From positions 224,001 to 288,000 of the forward strand of contig JBBRSP010000002.1 of NCBI GenBank assembly GCA_038245295.1: a stretch of 64,000 nucleotides of DNA. Direction: 5' to 3'. Positions within the stretch are counted from its first letter, which is position 1. Every line of letters starts with the position of its first letter. The notes under the pieces were generated by a model. The model was not told where the DNA came from, ran no database searches, and was given only the letters and a program-made list of their open reading frames with translations. Shown here in pieces: positions 27,407-36,866 of the stretch. This stretch comes from Candidatus Binatia bacterium. GTDB lineage: Bacteria; Desulfobacterota; Binatia; HRBIN30. The position numbers and the translations under genes are program-made.

Positions 27407-27475
27407 GTGGCGATCACGCCGATTCGCAGTCGTGCCGACTATCGCAAGGCCCTCAAACGAATCGGGCTGAAGTAG
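27407..27475 (+). pseudogene. higA: 5' remnant of HigA antitoxin
   Basis: GGAGGAG RBS + GTG; MAITPIRSRADYRKALKRI followed by an early stop. Confidence 0.65.
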
Positions 27476-27567
27476 GGAGCCAAAGATGGGACGCGCGGAC
27501 CTTGATCCGGCGGCTTGGTCGGGGTCGGCGGCCCCGCAAATCAGAAACAGATTCAAGGAGAACGAAG

Positions 27568-28719
27568 ATGATCGATATCGAGCCCTATCGTATTGCCGTT
27601 CCGGAAGACGTGCTCACCGATTTGCGTCAGCGCCTAGCGCGCACGCGTTTCCCCGACGAGATGCCAGGATCGGCGTGGGGCTACGGTGCAAACCTCGCGG
27701 CGGTGCGCGAGTTGGTCGCCTACTGGCAAGACCATTACGATTGGCGTGCCGCCGAAGCACAGCTCAATCAGTGGAACCAGATCAGGGTGCGCGTCGGCGG
27801 TCTCGGCATCCACGCCATCCATCAGAAGGGCGTTGGCCCGAAGCCTCTGCCGCTGGTGATCACGCACGGTTGGCCGGGCTCGGTCAGCGAGTTCCAGAAG
27901 ATCATCGGCCCGCTCACCAACCCGGAGAAGTACGGCGGCGCCGCGGCCGACGCGTTCGACGTCGTCTGCCCGTCGATGCCCGGCTACGGCTTCTCCGATC
28001 ACCCCACCGAAGCGGGCATGGATCCTGAGCGCATCGCTGCCCTGTGGGTCGAGTTGATGCAAGCCCTCGGCTACCGGCGCTTCGGCGCCCAGGGCGGCGA
28101 CTGGGGTGCCATGGTGACGACGTATCTCGGCGCGCGCCATGCGCCGAACCTGATCGGCATACACCTCAACATGGTCGTTGCGTTTCCGCCCAACCCGGAC
28201 AACCCCATCGAAGGAGTCAGCGAGGAGGAACTGCCGGCGTTGATGGAGATGGCGCAGTTCCTCAAGGACGAGACCGGCTACCAACAGATCCAGGGCACCA
28301 AGCCGCAGACCCTCGCCTACGCGCTCAACGATTCGCCGGCGGGCCTGGCGGCGTGGATCCTCGAGAAGTTCCATGGCTGGAGCGACTGCCACGGCGACGT
28401 CTTCGCGCGCTTCAGCAAAGACGAATTGCTCACCAACATCATGCTCTACTGGGCCTCCGAAGCGGCCAGCTCATCGATCCGTCTCTACTGCGAGACCATG
28501 CGTGCTGGAAAATTTCCGCCCACCGGCTTCCGCGTCGACGTGCCCACTGGTTGCGCGATCTTTGCCAAGGAGATTGTGCGCGCACCGCGCGCCTGGGCGG
28601 AGAAGTTGTACAACATCACGCAATGGTCACGCTTCGCCTCCGGCGGCCACTTCGCCGCCATGGAGGAACCGCAGGCACTGGTCGAAGACATCCGTTCGTT
28701 CTTTCGCCCGCTGCGCTGA
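27568..28719 (+). CDS. Epoxide hydrolase (EHN + alpha/beta hydrolase)
   Basis: AAGGAG RBS; YDWR, HGWPGS, PGYGFS, QGGDWG, GGHFAAME. Confidence 0.95.
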   Translation: MIDIEPYRIAVPEDVLTDLRQRLARTRFPDEMPGSAWGYGANLAAVRELVAYWQDHYDWRAAEAQLNQWNQIRVRVGGLGIHAIHQKGVGPKPLPLVITHGWPGSVSEFQKIIGPLTNPEKYGGAAADAFDVVCPSMPGYGFSDHPTEAGMDPERIAALWVELMQALGYRRFGAQGGDWGAMVTTYLGARHAPNLIGIHLNMVVAFPPNPDNPIEGVSEEELPALMEMAQFLKDETGYQQIQGTKPQTLAYALNDSPAGLAAWILEKFHGWSDCHGDVFARFSKDELLTNIMLYWASEAASSSIRLYCETMRAGKFPPTGFRVDVPTGCAIFAKEIVRAPRAWAEKLYNITQWSRFASGGHFAAMEEPQALVEDIRSFFRPLR

Positions 28720-28739
28720 ACGGATCAGGCAGGCAAATA

Positions 28740-29007
28740 GGACGAGGGACACCCACCGGTTGAAATCCCCGAGATCGCGTTCGGTGCCGAGCATACGGCG
28801 CACGGACATCAGCACGGCCTCGTTGTCCGCCACGCTCCCATGGATCGCGACCGACAGCGTATCGGCGCGCCGTTGCGTGACACATACGATTGCCGCTTCT
28901 GCGAATCCTCCGAACGCACGCAAGTACTGGCCATTCACCGCGTAGATGTCCACCAGATTGCTCGACAGACGCCGGAGCGCGCTCACCGTGAGATCCAGCC
29001 GGCGCAA
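28740..29007 (-). pseudogene. N-terminal fragment of AlkA-like DNA-3-methyladenine glycosylase
   Basis: RLDLTVSALRR..N.VD..YLR..VRRMLGTERDLGDF; the frame then runs antisense into the epoxide hydrolase. Confidence 0.5.
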
Positions 29008-29063
29008 CGACTGTACGCCGGCAACGGATGAACCTATACCGGATCACAGGAAGCAGGAGATCT

Positions 29064-29282
29064 ATGCCGGCGAAACGATTCAAAAGCGGGGATCACGTCT
29101 CGTGGAATTCGGAAGCCGGTCGTGTCCGCGGCACTATCAGTCGCGTCATCAGATCGGAGATCGAGTTCAAGGGCTACACCGTCCATGCGAGCAAGGACGA
29201 GCCGCAGTACGAGATCAAGAGCGACACGACCGACCATATTGCGATGCACAAGGGATCAGCGCTCACGAAGATCGGGAAGTGA
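29064..29282 (+). CDS. DUF2945 / Hva1-Tudor-like small protein
   Basis: FKSGDHVSWNSEAG..ASKDEPQYEIKSDTTDHIAMHKGSAL; AGGAG RBS. Confidence 0.88.
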   Translation: MPAKRFKSGDHVSWNSEAGRVRGTISRVIRSEIEFKGYTVHASKDEPQYEIKSDTTDHIAMHKGSALTKIGK

Positions 29283-29839
29283 GTCGCACGATCTTCACTG
29301 TCGGCCATTCGACGCGGACAGTCGGCGAGTTGGTCGCGCTTCTGCGACAGGTCGACGTGGACCTGCTCGTGGACGTGCGCTCCATCCCGCGCTCGCGCGC
29401 GATGCCGCAGTTCAATATCGACCGGCTACCAGACTCTCTCGCCGTCGAGGGCATCGGCTACCAGCATCTGCTCTTACTGGGCGGGCGGCGTCACCATCCC
29501 AAGGGCGCGCCGCCGTCGACGAATACGCTCTGGCGACTGTTGGCGTTCCGCAACTATGCGGATTACGCGGAAACCGATGCATTCCGCGCCGGCCTCCATG
29601 GCTTGCTCGCGTTTGCGCAACAGCATCGTTGCGCGATCATGTGCGCCGAAGCCGTGTGGTGGCGGTGTCATCGCCGCATCATCGCCGATCACCTGTTGGC
29701 CCGCGGCATTCCGGTGCAGCACATCATGGGATTAGGACAGGTGACGCCAGCGACCCTCACACCGGGTGCGCGTGTGCTGGACGAGACGCCGCGCTATCCG
29801 GCGCCTAACGAAGATGGGTCGACCGCGAGCGGCAGTTGA
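29279..29839 (+). CDS. DUF488 family protein
   Basis: IFTVGHSTR, LVDVRSIPRSR, LGGRR, MCAEAVWWRCHRRII; GTGA overlap. Confidence 0.92.
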   Translation: MSRTIFTVGHSTRTVGELVALLRQVDVDLLVDVRSIPRSRAMPQFNIDRLPDSLAVEGIGYQHLLLLGGRRHHPKGAPPSTNTLWRLLAFRNYADYAETDAFRAGLHGLLAFAQQHRCAIMCAEAVWWRCHRRIIADHLLARGIPVQHIMGLGQVTPATLTPGARVLDETPRYPAPNEDGSTASGS

Positions 29840-29884
29840 GCCGCTACTCGCGCAGCGCGCCCCATGCGCTATCGAGCCACGGCC

Positions 29885-30367
29885 TTATCGGCCGCGCATC
29901 ACGCGTTTGACGATCATGGCAGTAATGCCCGCGAGGGCTGCTCTTGCCAAAGGCGACGCAAGTATATTTGTTAGCGACGATCCGGCTGCCTGCCCTGGTC
30001 CACCATCGCCGCCGCCGAGGATATTCGTCAGCCGGCCCGGTTCCTTGTGCAGATCGGTGACGACCTGGGCCAGGTCCTTGGGGTCCGATCCGACCTGTGG
30101 AGGTAGCGCCACTCCATGCGCCTGGGCGCGGTCCTGCAGCATCTTGACGAATTCAGCGCGCTCCTCCGGCGAAAGCTTCGCCAGGGCTTCCTGGGCCGCC
30201 TGCGCGTACTGGTCGGGGGGAACCGCGTGCGCCACATCCTTATAGCGGTCGACAACCTCCTGGTCCGAGTAGCCCTCGGACGGATGGCCTTGATCGAAGC
30301 GCTTCACGAAATCCTGGAACTGGCGCTGAATTTGTCCGCTACCGAGCAGGTCATCGAGAATGCCCAT
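29885..30367 (-). CDS. Conserved hypothetical helical protein
   Basis: AAGGAG RBS; MGILDDLLG start; coding-like composition. Confidence 0.7.
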   Translation of the reverse strand: MGILDDLLGSGQIQRQFQDFVKRFDQGHPSEGYSDQEVVDRYKDVAHAVPPDQYAQAAQEALAKLSPEERAEFVKMLQDRAQAHGVALPPQVGSDPKDLAQVVTDLHKEPGRLTNILGGGDGGPGQAAGSSLTNILASPLARAALAGITAMIVKRVMRGR

Positions 30368-30451
30368 GATGTTTACTCCTTCATTCCTATCGACGGCTGT
30401 CGCCCGTTACGCCGATCACGCTTGCGACTTTGAAGTACCGCTTACGTGGGC

Positions 30452-30706
30452 CTAGGCCTTCGCTGACCTCAGCCTCGCGTAGGCGAACAGCACGATGAGG
30501 GCCCCGACGATGGACGCGATGAACCCTGCTCCTTCCCCGGGCCCGTAGAGACCGAGCATACGGCCCAGCATAGTAGCGACGACTGCTCCGACCATGCCGA
30601 GGATCGCTGTTAAGAAGAAGCCCCCGGGATCTGGCCCGGGCATAATGAACTTTGCCAAGGTACCAACTACGGCGCCAATCAGGATGATCCAAATGAGCTC
30701 AAGCAT
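30452..30706 (-). CDS. GlsB/YeaQ/YmgE (transglycosylase-associated) membrane protein
   Basis: WIILIGAVVGTLAKFIMPGPDPGGF..GFIASIVGALIVL. Confidence 0.92.
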   Translation of the reverse strand: MLELIWIILIGAVVGTLAKFIMPGPDPGGFFLTAILGMVGAVVATMLGRMLGLYGPGEGAGFIASIVGALIVLFAYARLRSAKA

Positions 30707-30756
30707 CGCGTCCTCCCTCTTCTGCCCGCTTCCGTACCGAACGAGGTGCAGCCGGC

Positions 30757-31170
30757 TCAGTCCAAAAGATCCTTTGGCACATTGCCGCCGTTTGCAGCGA
30801 TGCGTGCGAGTACTGTCTTGTGCAGCCAGGTATTCATCTTCGCCGAATCCCCCATGAGATCCGCCGGGCAGGCCAGCTCGGTGGCCAACTCCTTGCGGGC
30901 CGTAAAGCTGCTGTCGATATCGAGCAGCTTCAGCAGATCGACAATGGAGGTACGCCAGTTGAGCTTCTGCGGGTTCGCTTTCGCGCGCTGTTCCAGTTGC
31001 GCAACGACATCGACGAGAGCGATCGGACTAGGAGGCGGCGCTGCCGTTGGAGCTACCGCTGCACTCGCGGGTGCGGCCGTTGGTGGGGCGCTGGAGCCTG
31101 GACTGGGGGCGGTAGCTGCAGCGGCGCTACCCATTCCGAGCTTGTCGAGAATCTTGCTGAAAAATCCCAT
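30757..31170 (-). CDS. DUF3597 family protein
   Basis: LNWRTSIVDLLKLLDIDSS..ARKELA..DSAKMNTWLHK..ANGGNVP. Confidence 0.9.
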   Translation of the reverse strand: MGFFSKILDKLGMGSAAAATAPSPGSSAPPTAAPASAAVAPTAAPPPSPIALVDVVAQLEQRAKANPQKLNWRTSIVDLLKLLDIDSSFTARKELATELACPADLMGDSAKMNTWLHKTVLARIAANGGNVPKDLLD

Positions 31171-31390
31171 CGTCTCTCCTCCGCGTGGCTAGCAGGACGA
31201 CGCATCCCGGCCGGATTGCAGGAATACGTCGCACCCGAAGACGCTGTTCGTGGCAGCGCTCGCAGCCTAACTGGCATCGGCCGGATAGCAATAATCTATC
31301 TGACGTGCCCCGACGATTCCGAAGGGGCGAAGCCACCGAGCTTGGCTTCCGTATCGTGTGGAATGGGCTTTGCTCTGCCCGGCAATCGCG

Positions 31391-32086
31391 TTAGCGCAGC
31401 TTGGCGAAGAACCGTTCGATGCGCGCGGCGTTGGCGCCGGCGTCGCCCTTGCCGTCGCGCGACTTGGAGCGCATTTGCACGATGCTCCCGGTTCCGAGTG
31501 GGCGTACCTCGATGACGAAGTCATCTTGGAATCGGAAGAGGGCGGTTGTGTCGACCCCCTCCATGGCACGTGCGGTTGGATCGACGCGGCTGATCTCCCA
31601 GGTGTCCATCTGTCGCGCGACAGTCTCGACGCGCTTGAACGCGTCGTCCGGCGGCACCGGCAACGCGAGCGGCTGGAGGTTGGGGTAACCGGCTTGTTGC
31701 TGCTCGGTGAACTCCGGGGGGTGCGCCATGTTGCGGTCGCGGTTGGCTGCGAGCGTTCCGGCGTGAACGAATTGTGGCGGGTTGGCTGTGTCCGTAGTGA
31801 TGTCGTTGATACGCGGCACTTTACCGCCCGGCATCGCGGCCATGATGAAGACCAGGGCGAGTGCTGCCGAAATCGCGAGGGGGGCGATGGTGCCGCCGCT
31901 GCCATGGCGGGCAAGGCGGACGAGACTGGCGACCAGCGCAATCAAGCCGAGCAATCCACCCAGCCCAAACATGGCGAAGCCGGCGAGGGCTGGAACGATT
32001 TGAAGATGAGCCAACAATGGACCCACCACGAACAATCCCAACGCAAGTGTTGCCAAACGTCCGGCCCAACCGCTGGCGCGTCCCAT
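31391..32086 (-). CDS. DUF1499 family membrane protein
   Basis: Three TM segments; PRINDITTD..PPQF, FRFQDD, MRSKSRDGKGDAGANAARI. Confidence 0.88.
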   Translation of the reverse strand: MGRASGWAGRLATLALGLFVVGPLLAHLQIVPALAGFAMFGLGGLLGLIALVASLVRLARHGSGGTIAPLAISAALALVFIMAAMPGGKVPRINDITTDTANPPQFVHAGTLAANRDRNMAHPPEFTEQQQAGYPNLQPLALPVPPDDAFKRVETVARQMDTWEISRVDPTARAMEGVDTTALFRFQDDFVIEVRPLGTGSIVQMRSKSRDGKGDAGANAARIERFFAKLR

Positions 32087-32316
32087 ATTTGTTTCCTCCC
32101 TTGGTATTCCCAGGCGTGGCTACTCGCTGCAGGCATGAGAGTCAAACCTTCCGACGTCGCATCGCCAAGAAAAGCGTCATTGATCGTTGCCAAGGCCCCT
32201 CGGGTGCGGCTATTTACAAGGGGACAGCCTCTGATCCCTGGTGCGGGGTGGATGGAAATCGAGGTCGGGAAGTGGGGTAGGTAGCACTACACTCATTCTT
32301 TCGGCGGCTGCGATGA

Positions 32317-32787
32317 ATGAATCGACAGCATAAGCACCAAGTAGAAAGAGCCAATGTGGCGCAAAAACTCCGAAGTCTCGGATTCGAGGTCGAGGAGGTG
32401 CCGCGCAATGGCAAGTTCGACCTGCTCGTCGACGGCCAGTTGCGCGTCGCGTTACGTGTTGCCTTTCCGGGGCGTTACGCCCACACGGTGACGGTCAACG
32501 GCCGTCGCTACGCCTACGATTACAAGAGCTGGAATTTCAATTTCCACCGCCATGGTCGGTGGGAGAAAGCCTACTGCGATGTCTTTGTTTGCATCGCCAA
32601 ACAACGGCGCGCCGATGATGAGGTCTTCCTCATCCCCGCCTCAGCGGTCTCCGGGCCGACCTTCAGTCTGCACGGTGCGGGCAAACCGTATCGTGGTCGC
32701 TACGCCGCGTTCCGCAATCGGTGGAGTGTCTTTGCCGCGCTCTTACGTGCCCGAGCCGAGCATCCTGACGTTGCACAGGTCGCCTGA
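32317..32787 (+). CDS. PD-(D/E)XK-fold protein, probably catalytically degenerate
   Basis: E.NVAQKLRSLGFEV..FDLLVDG..RVALRV..CDVFVCI..VFLIP pattern. Confidence 0.55.
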   Translation: MNRQHKHQVERANVAQKLRSLGFEVEEVPRNGKFDLLVDGQLRVALRVAFPGRYAHTVTVNGRRYAYDYKSWNFNFHRHGRWEKAYCDVFVCIAKQRRADDEVFLIPASAVSGPTFSLHGAGKPYRGRYAAFRNRWSVFAALLRARAEHPDVAQVA

Positions 32788-32827
32788 GAAGTCTCGATAC
32801 GTCGGCCGATGCCGGCTCCGCTTCAAA

Positions 32828-33313
32828 TCAATCGCGAAAGTTGATGAACTGCAGCGGCAGCTCGAATTCGATGCCGCGCAGGAATTGAATCGCTTCCTGT
32901 AAGTCGTCGCGTTTCTTGCCCGTGACACGCACCTGGTCGGCCTGAATCTGCGCCTGGACCTTGAGCTTGGTTTCCTTGAGCCGCTTCACCAGATCCTTGG
33001 CGCGATCGGTATCGATACCGTTCTGGATCGTGATGATCTGGCGCGCCAGACTGCCACCTGCCGGTAGGATGTCGCCATACTTGAGTGACTTAAGCGACAG
33101 ACCGCGGCGCACGAACTTCGACTGCAGGACGTCGACGACGGCGGTTACCTTGTAGTCGTCGTCCGACGTGATGGTGATGGTATCCTTGTCGTCGACGATC
33201 TCGGTCTTGGTGCCCTTGAAGTCGTAACGCTGTACGATCTCCTTGCGCGTCTGATTCAGGGCGTTGTCGACTTCCTGCGGGTCAACTTTGGAAACAATAT
33301 CGAAGGAAGGCAT
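32828..33313 (-). CDS. yajQ: YajQ family c-di-GMP-binding protein
   Basis: [37 protein letters not shown]. Confidence 0.96.
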   Translation of the reverse strand: MPSFDIVSKVDPQEVDNALNQTRKEIVQRYDFKGTKTEIVDDKDTITITSDDDYKVTAVVDVLQSKFVRRGLSLKSLKYGDILPAGGSLARQIITIQNGIDTDRAKDLVKRLKETKLKVQAQIQADQVRVTGKKRDDLQEAIQFLRGIEFELPLQFINFRD

Positions 33314-33320
33314 ACGCTCC

Positions 33321-33989
33321 TCACTTGGTGGCGCTCGGAGCGTCGAGCACGTCGACTCCCGGCGGAACGTTGAACACGAAGTGATCATCCGGCAAGCCGA
33401 GGTTGCGGCGCAGATTGGTCAGGCGAAAGCTGCTGAGATTACCCAGCGGGTCCTCGACCTCGGCGGCGCGCAGATCAAACGTATCTGGGCTCACCGACAG
33501 CTTCAGTTGCTTCAAGTCGGCGCCCGGCTTCTTCGGGGTCAGCAGCAAACGGATTTCTTCGGGGCTTTCGCTGTCGAGCTTTGCGGTGAAGTCGTCGGCG
33601 ATTCGCCCGACCCCGACCAGGAAAGAGATCGGCGTCCGCGAATTGAAAGCGTTGTCGAACGGCATACGCACGACCTGCTGGTCCTCGGCTCGATAGAGCC
33701 ACAGCATCTTGCCGTCGGCGACGATGGTTTGGGCGTCACCTTCGGTAAGCTCCCAGCGCATGCGGCCGGGTTTCTTGAACTCGACGGTGCCCTTGGCGGT
33801 CACCGTCTTGTTGAGGCTTTTGATCGTGGCAGATTGTATCACGTCGGCCTGGAAATCAGTCGTCGCATCGTAGCGCGCCTGCACCTGGCGAACGATTTTG
33901 TCGACCTTCGACGCGGCGGCATGGGCCGGCGCACTCGCCGACACCACCATCAAGAACAGCGCAATGAGATTTGGTTTCACGGCGCTCAA
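33321..33989 (-). CDS. lolA: Outer-membrane lipoprotein carrier protein
   Basis: Signal peptide; [31 protein letters not shown]. Confidence 0.88.
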   Translation of the reverse strand: MSAVKPNLIALFLMVVSASAPAHAAASKVDKIVRQVQARYDATTDFQADVIQSATIKSLNKTVTAKGTVEFKKPGRMRWELTEGDAQTIVADGKMLWLYRAEDQQVVRMPFDNAFNSRTPISFLVGVGRIADDFTAKLDSESPEEIRLLLTPKKPGADLKQLKLSVSPDTFDLRAAEVEDPLGNLSSFRLTNLRRNLGLPDDHFVFNVPPGVDVLDAPSATK

Positions 33990-34032
33990 ACTAGCGCGAA
34001 CCTATCGCCGTCTCTATGCCTCGCCGTCGCAA

Positions 34033-35025
34033 CTAGAATTCGATGACCGCATCCGGGGAGCCATCGAGCCGCACGGTGTCGACGAAACGGATCGTGTGCT
34101 CGCGCAGATCCATGACCAGCGACGAACTGCGTGCGCCGTGACCGAAGAAGCGTACACCGCGCAAAAGTGCGCCGTCGGTGACTCCCGTCGCGGCAAAGAG
34201 GATCTCGGGGCCGGGGGCGAGATCGCGTTCCGAGTAGGTCCGATTCGGATCCTTGATACCCATCTCCTTGAGGCGTTCCTCGAACTTCTTGCGTTCTTCC
34301 TCGCCGGTCTTGAACGGAACCAGGCGCCCTTCCATGCCGCCGTTGAGACAACGCAGGGCGGCCGCGGCGAGAACACCTTCGGGGGCACCGCCGATTCCCA
34401 TGACGGCGTGCACGTTGGTGCGGCGCACGGCGGCGGAGATACCGGCGGAGAGATCACCATCGCTGATCAAGCGGATGCGCGCGCCGGCGCTACGGATATC
34501 TTCGATCAGCTTCTCGTGGCGTTCGCGTTCGAGAACGATGACGACGAGATCCTTGATGCCGCGGTTCAAGCGTTTGGCGATCGCGGTCAAGTTTTCCTTG
34601 ACGGTTGCGTCGAGGTGTACGGCGCCTTTGGCCGCCGGTCCGACACAGATCTTTTCCATGTAGCAATCGGGAGCGTGCAGCAGTCCGCCGCGGTTTGACG
34701 CGGCCAACACGGCGATCGCACCGGGCGACCCGGTGGCGCACAAGTTGGTTCCTTCCAGGGGATCGACGGCGATGTCGACCTCGATGTCGCTCTCGCCTTG
34801 GCGGCCGACCTTCTCGCCGATGAACAGCATCGGTGCTTCGTCACGTTCACCTTCGCCGATGACGACGGTGCCGCGCATCGGCAGGCTATCCATCGAGTGG
34901 CGCATCGCTTCAACGGCGACGCGGTCCGACCCTTTACGCTCGCCCTGACCCATGGTGCGCGCGGCGGCGATCCCGGCATCTTCCGCAACGCGTAGAAACT
35001 CCCGTGAAAGGCTCTCAAACGACAT
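34033..35025 (-). CDS. glpX: Fructose-1,6-bisphosphatase class II
   Basis: [41 protein letters not shown]. Confidence 0.96.
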   Translation of the reverse strand: MSFESLSREFLRVAEDAGIAAARTMGQGERKGSDRVAVEAMRHSMDSLPMRGTVVIGEGERDEAPMLFIGEKVGRQGESDIEVDIAVDPLEGTNLCATGSPGAIAVLAASNRGGLLHAPDCYMEKICVGPAAKGAVHLDATVKENLTAIAKRLNRGIKDLVVIVLERERHEKLIEDIRSAGARIRLISDGDLSAGISAAVRRTNVHAVMGIGGAPEGVLAAAALRCLNGGMEGRLVPFKTGEEERKKFEERLKEMGIKDPNRTYSERDLAPGPEILFAATGVTDGALLRGVRFFGHGARSSSLVMDLREHTIRFVDTVRLDGSPDAVIEF

Positions 35026-35116
35026 CGACGACTCCCCGGTTACCAAGATTGAAACGATGTTGTTGACACATTCCGTACATACGAGCAACGCGGGGGAGGA
35101 GAGTGCGTCGCTACGA

Positions 35117-35205
35117 GGGCAAGGGCAACGGCAAGGGCCCGGGCAAGTGCCCGGCCAATCCGTCTCACATGTTTGGACCCAAACTTCTTGCCCTTGCCGC
35201 TGCCC
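35117..35205. repeat. Inverted hexamer (GGGCAA)n repeat
   Basis: gggcaa gggcaa cggcaa gggccc gggcaa ... ttgccc ttgccg ctgccc; same unit at 58743-58776. Confidence 0.7.
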
Positions 35206-35235
35206 AGCCGTTGCTCCTGCCCGGCCCAACGGATT

Positions 35236-36816
35236 CTAAGCCGCGGCGGCGACAGCGGTCGCCTTCAGGCCATCGAGGTTATCGCGCAAGACGGCGAGTT
35301 GTTGCTCGATGTCGCCCTGCAGTTTCTCGGCCCGGGTGCGAATTTTTTCGCCGTGCGAACGGATCGTTCCGGCCATGGTGACGATCTCGGCCAGCGATTC
35401 GGCGGCGCGGGCGATGCGCCGCGCCACGTCTTCGATGGCGGCAAACTCGGCTTGGGCCCGATCTTGTTGTGCCCGCTCGCGGATGACGAGGGCGCGCGCC
35501 AACGAAAGGGCAGCTTGGAGCAAGACGTCGCTGGCGGTATCGTCGCGATCCCACACGACCAGGATGTCAGGCCCGAAGCGAACCAGGGGTTCCATGTCTT
35601 CGCTGGCGGAGGTCTTGGAAAGAACCACGATGCCGACTTGTGCGTCGCGGTTCTCGCGCGCCTCGGCAACTTCGTCGAGGAGTTTGCGCAGGTTGAACGA
35701 GCGATCGTCCTTTGCCTCGATGACGATGCGTGTTTCGGGGGCCGCACTCTCGGCACCGAGTGTCAGAACGAAGTCGCCGACTTTACAGCGCGGTGTGCGG
35801 CCGACGATTGTCCCCACGGGTTCCAGCAGGTCGCCGCTGTGACGCAATTGTTCGGTGAGCACAATGCCGAGGGCGGCCTCGAATTCGATGCCATGCCGTG
35901 TCGAGCGGGCCGCTTCGGCGCGGCGGACCTGCACCGCTTCGAGTGTGCTCTTGACCTCCAGGTGGAACATCTCGTTGGCCTTGGTCAGGCTACCGATGAC
36001 GTCGAGCAGCTCACGGCGCAGCAAGGCAAGGGGCGATGTCTCGACGTCCAAGGTCAAATTGGCACGCACTTGGGATGTCGTCTCGTCGACGCGACGCACC
36101 AGGCGGGACAACGCCCCGTCCTCGTGATCGAGCGAAAATTCCTTGCGCACGACGTCCATGTCGCGCGCCAACTCGTCGCGCAGCAGGCCGTTGCTGCCGG
36201 TGATCTCGGCGACCAGACGCGACAACGCCGAGGCTTTGTCGTCGAGGCTGAACTGATGCAGCAGGTGCTCGCGTTGCGTCTGCAGCGCCGCTTCGATCAA
36301 CTGACGGACCGACGCCAGAAAGCCGTCACTTTGGCCAGGCGACAGTTGCTTGAACAGCGGGCTCGACTCGCCCACCAAGCTCGAGAGTGTGCGTGAGAGC
36401 GCCGATGTTTCACCGTCGAGGTAACGTCCGAGGACCTGCTCGAGATCGCCGTCCTTGCGTACCAGGCGGTCGAGGCGCTGTGGCAAGTCGCCGGTGTGCG
36501 GATCGAAGTATTGCCCGATTGCGCCGGCGAGCTTTCCCGTCAGGGTGCCCGAGTGGTCGGTCAGAAGTTGGCGCACCTCGGCGACGAGGCGCTCTCCTTC
36601 ATGACGGATACGTTCGGCGTCGACGCTGCCGGCGGCCTGGCGCAAGGCGAGCACGCCGAGCCGCAGGGCCGCCAGCGCAAACTGTTCGCGCGGCATGCCC
36701 TGGTCGTGTCGCTGCAACTCGAGCAGTACCTCCGGGTCGATGACGTGCAGGGCAAGCTCGAGCCCTTCTCCCTGCGCCCGTGGCTCAGCAACGATCGCCG
36801 TCGCAGCGTTTCCCAT
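35236..36816 (-). CDS. Long coiled-coil protein with C-terminal PD-(D/E)XK nuclease-like domain (RmuC/DUF2130-like)
   Basis: GAGGAG RBS; HGIEFEAAL..KVGDFVL..IVIEAKD..ARENRDAQVGIVV. Confidence 0.7.
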   Translation of the reverse strand: MGNAATAIVAEPRAQGEGLELALHVIDPEVLLELQRHDQGMPREQFALAALRLGVLALRQAAGSVDAERIRHEGERLVAEVRQLLTDHSGTLTGKLAGAIGQYFDPHTGDLPQRLDRLVRKDGDLEQVLGRYLDGETSALSRTLSSLVGESSPLFKQLSPGQSDGFLASVRQLIEAALQTQREHLLHQFSLDDKASALSRLVAEITGSNGLLRDELARDMDVVRKEFSLDHEDGALSRLVRRVDETTSQVRANLTLDVETSPLALLRRELLDVIGSLTKANEMFHLEVKSTLEAVQVRRAEAARSTRHGIEFEAALGIVLTEQLRHSGDLLEPVGTIVGRTPRCKVGDFVLTLGAESAAPETRIVIEAKDDRSFNLRKLLDEVAEARENRDAQVGIVVLSKTSASEDMEPLVRFGPDILVVWDRDDTASDVLLQAALSLARALVIRERAQQDRAQAEFAAIEDVARRIARAAESLAEIVTMAGTIRSHGEKIRTRAEKLQGDIEQQLAVLRDNLDGLKATAVAAAA

Positions 36817-36866
36817 CTCGTCCTCCTCCACCCCGGCGACCGCCCGCGCGGCCTCTCAAACAAACA

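Noticed and set aside
31359..31374. Sigma-54-like motif TGGAATG-N4-TTGCT on the plus strand
   Set aside because: No plus-strand gene lies downstream; it faces the 3' end of DUF1499, so it is chance or orphaned
31265..31397. attC-like site (GCTAAC..GTTAGGC on the minus strand) after DUF1499, plus GCCTAAC motifs near 23424 and 29803
   Set aside because: L boxes do not pair with correct spacing, the others lack a matching R' site or are too short, and no integron integrase is present
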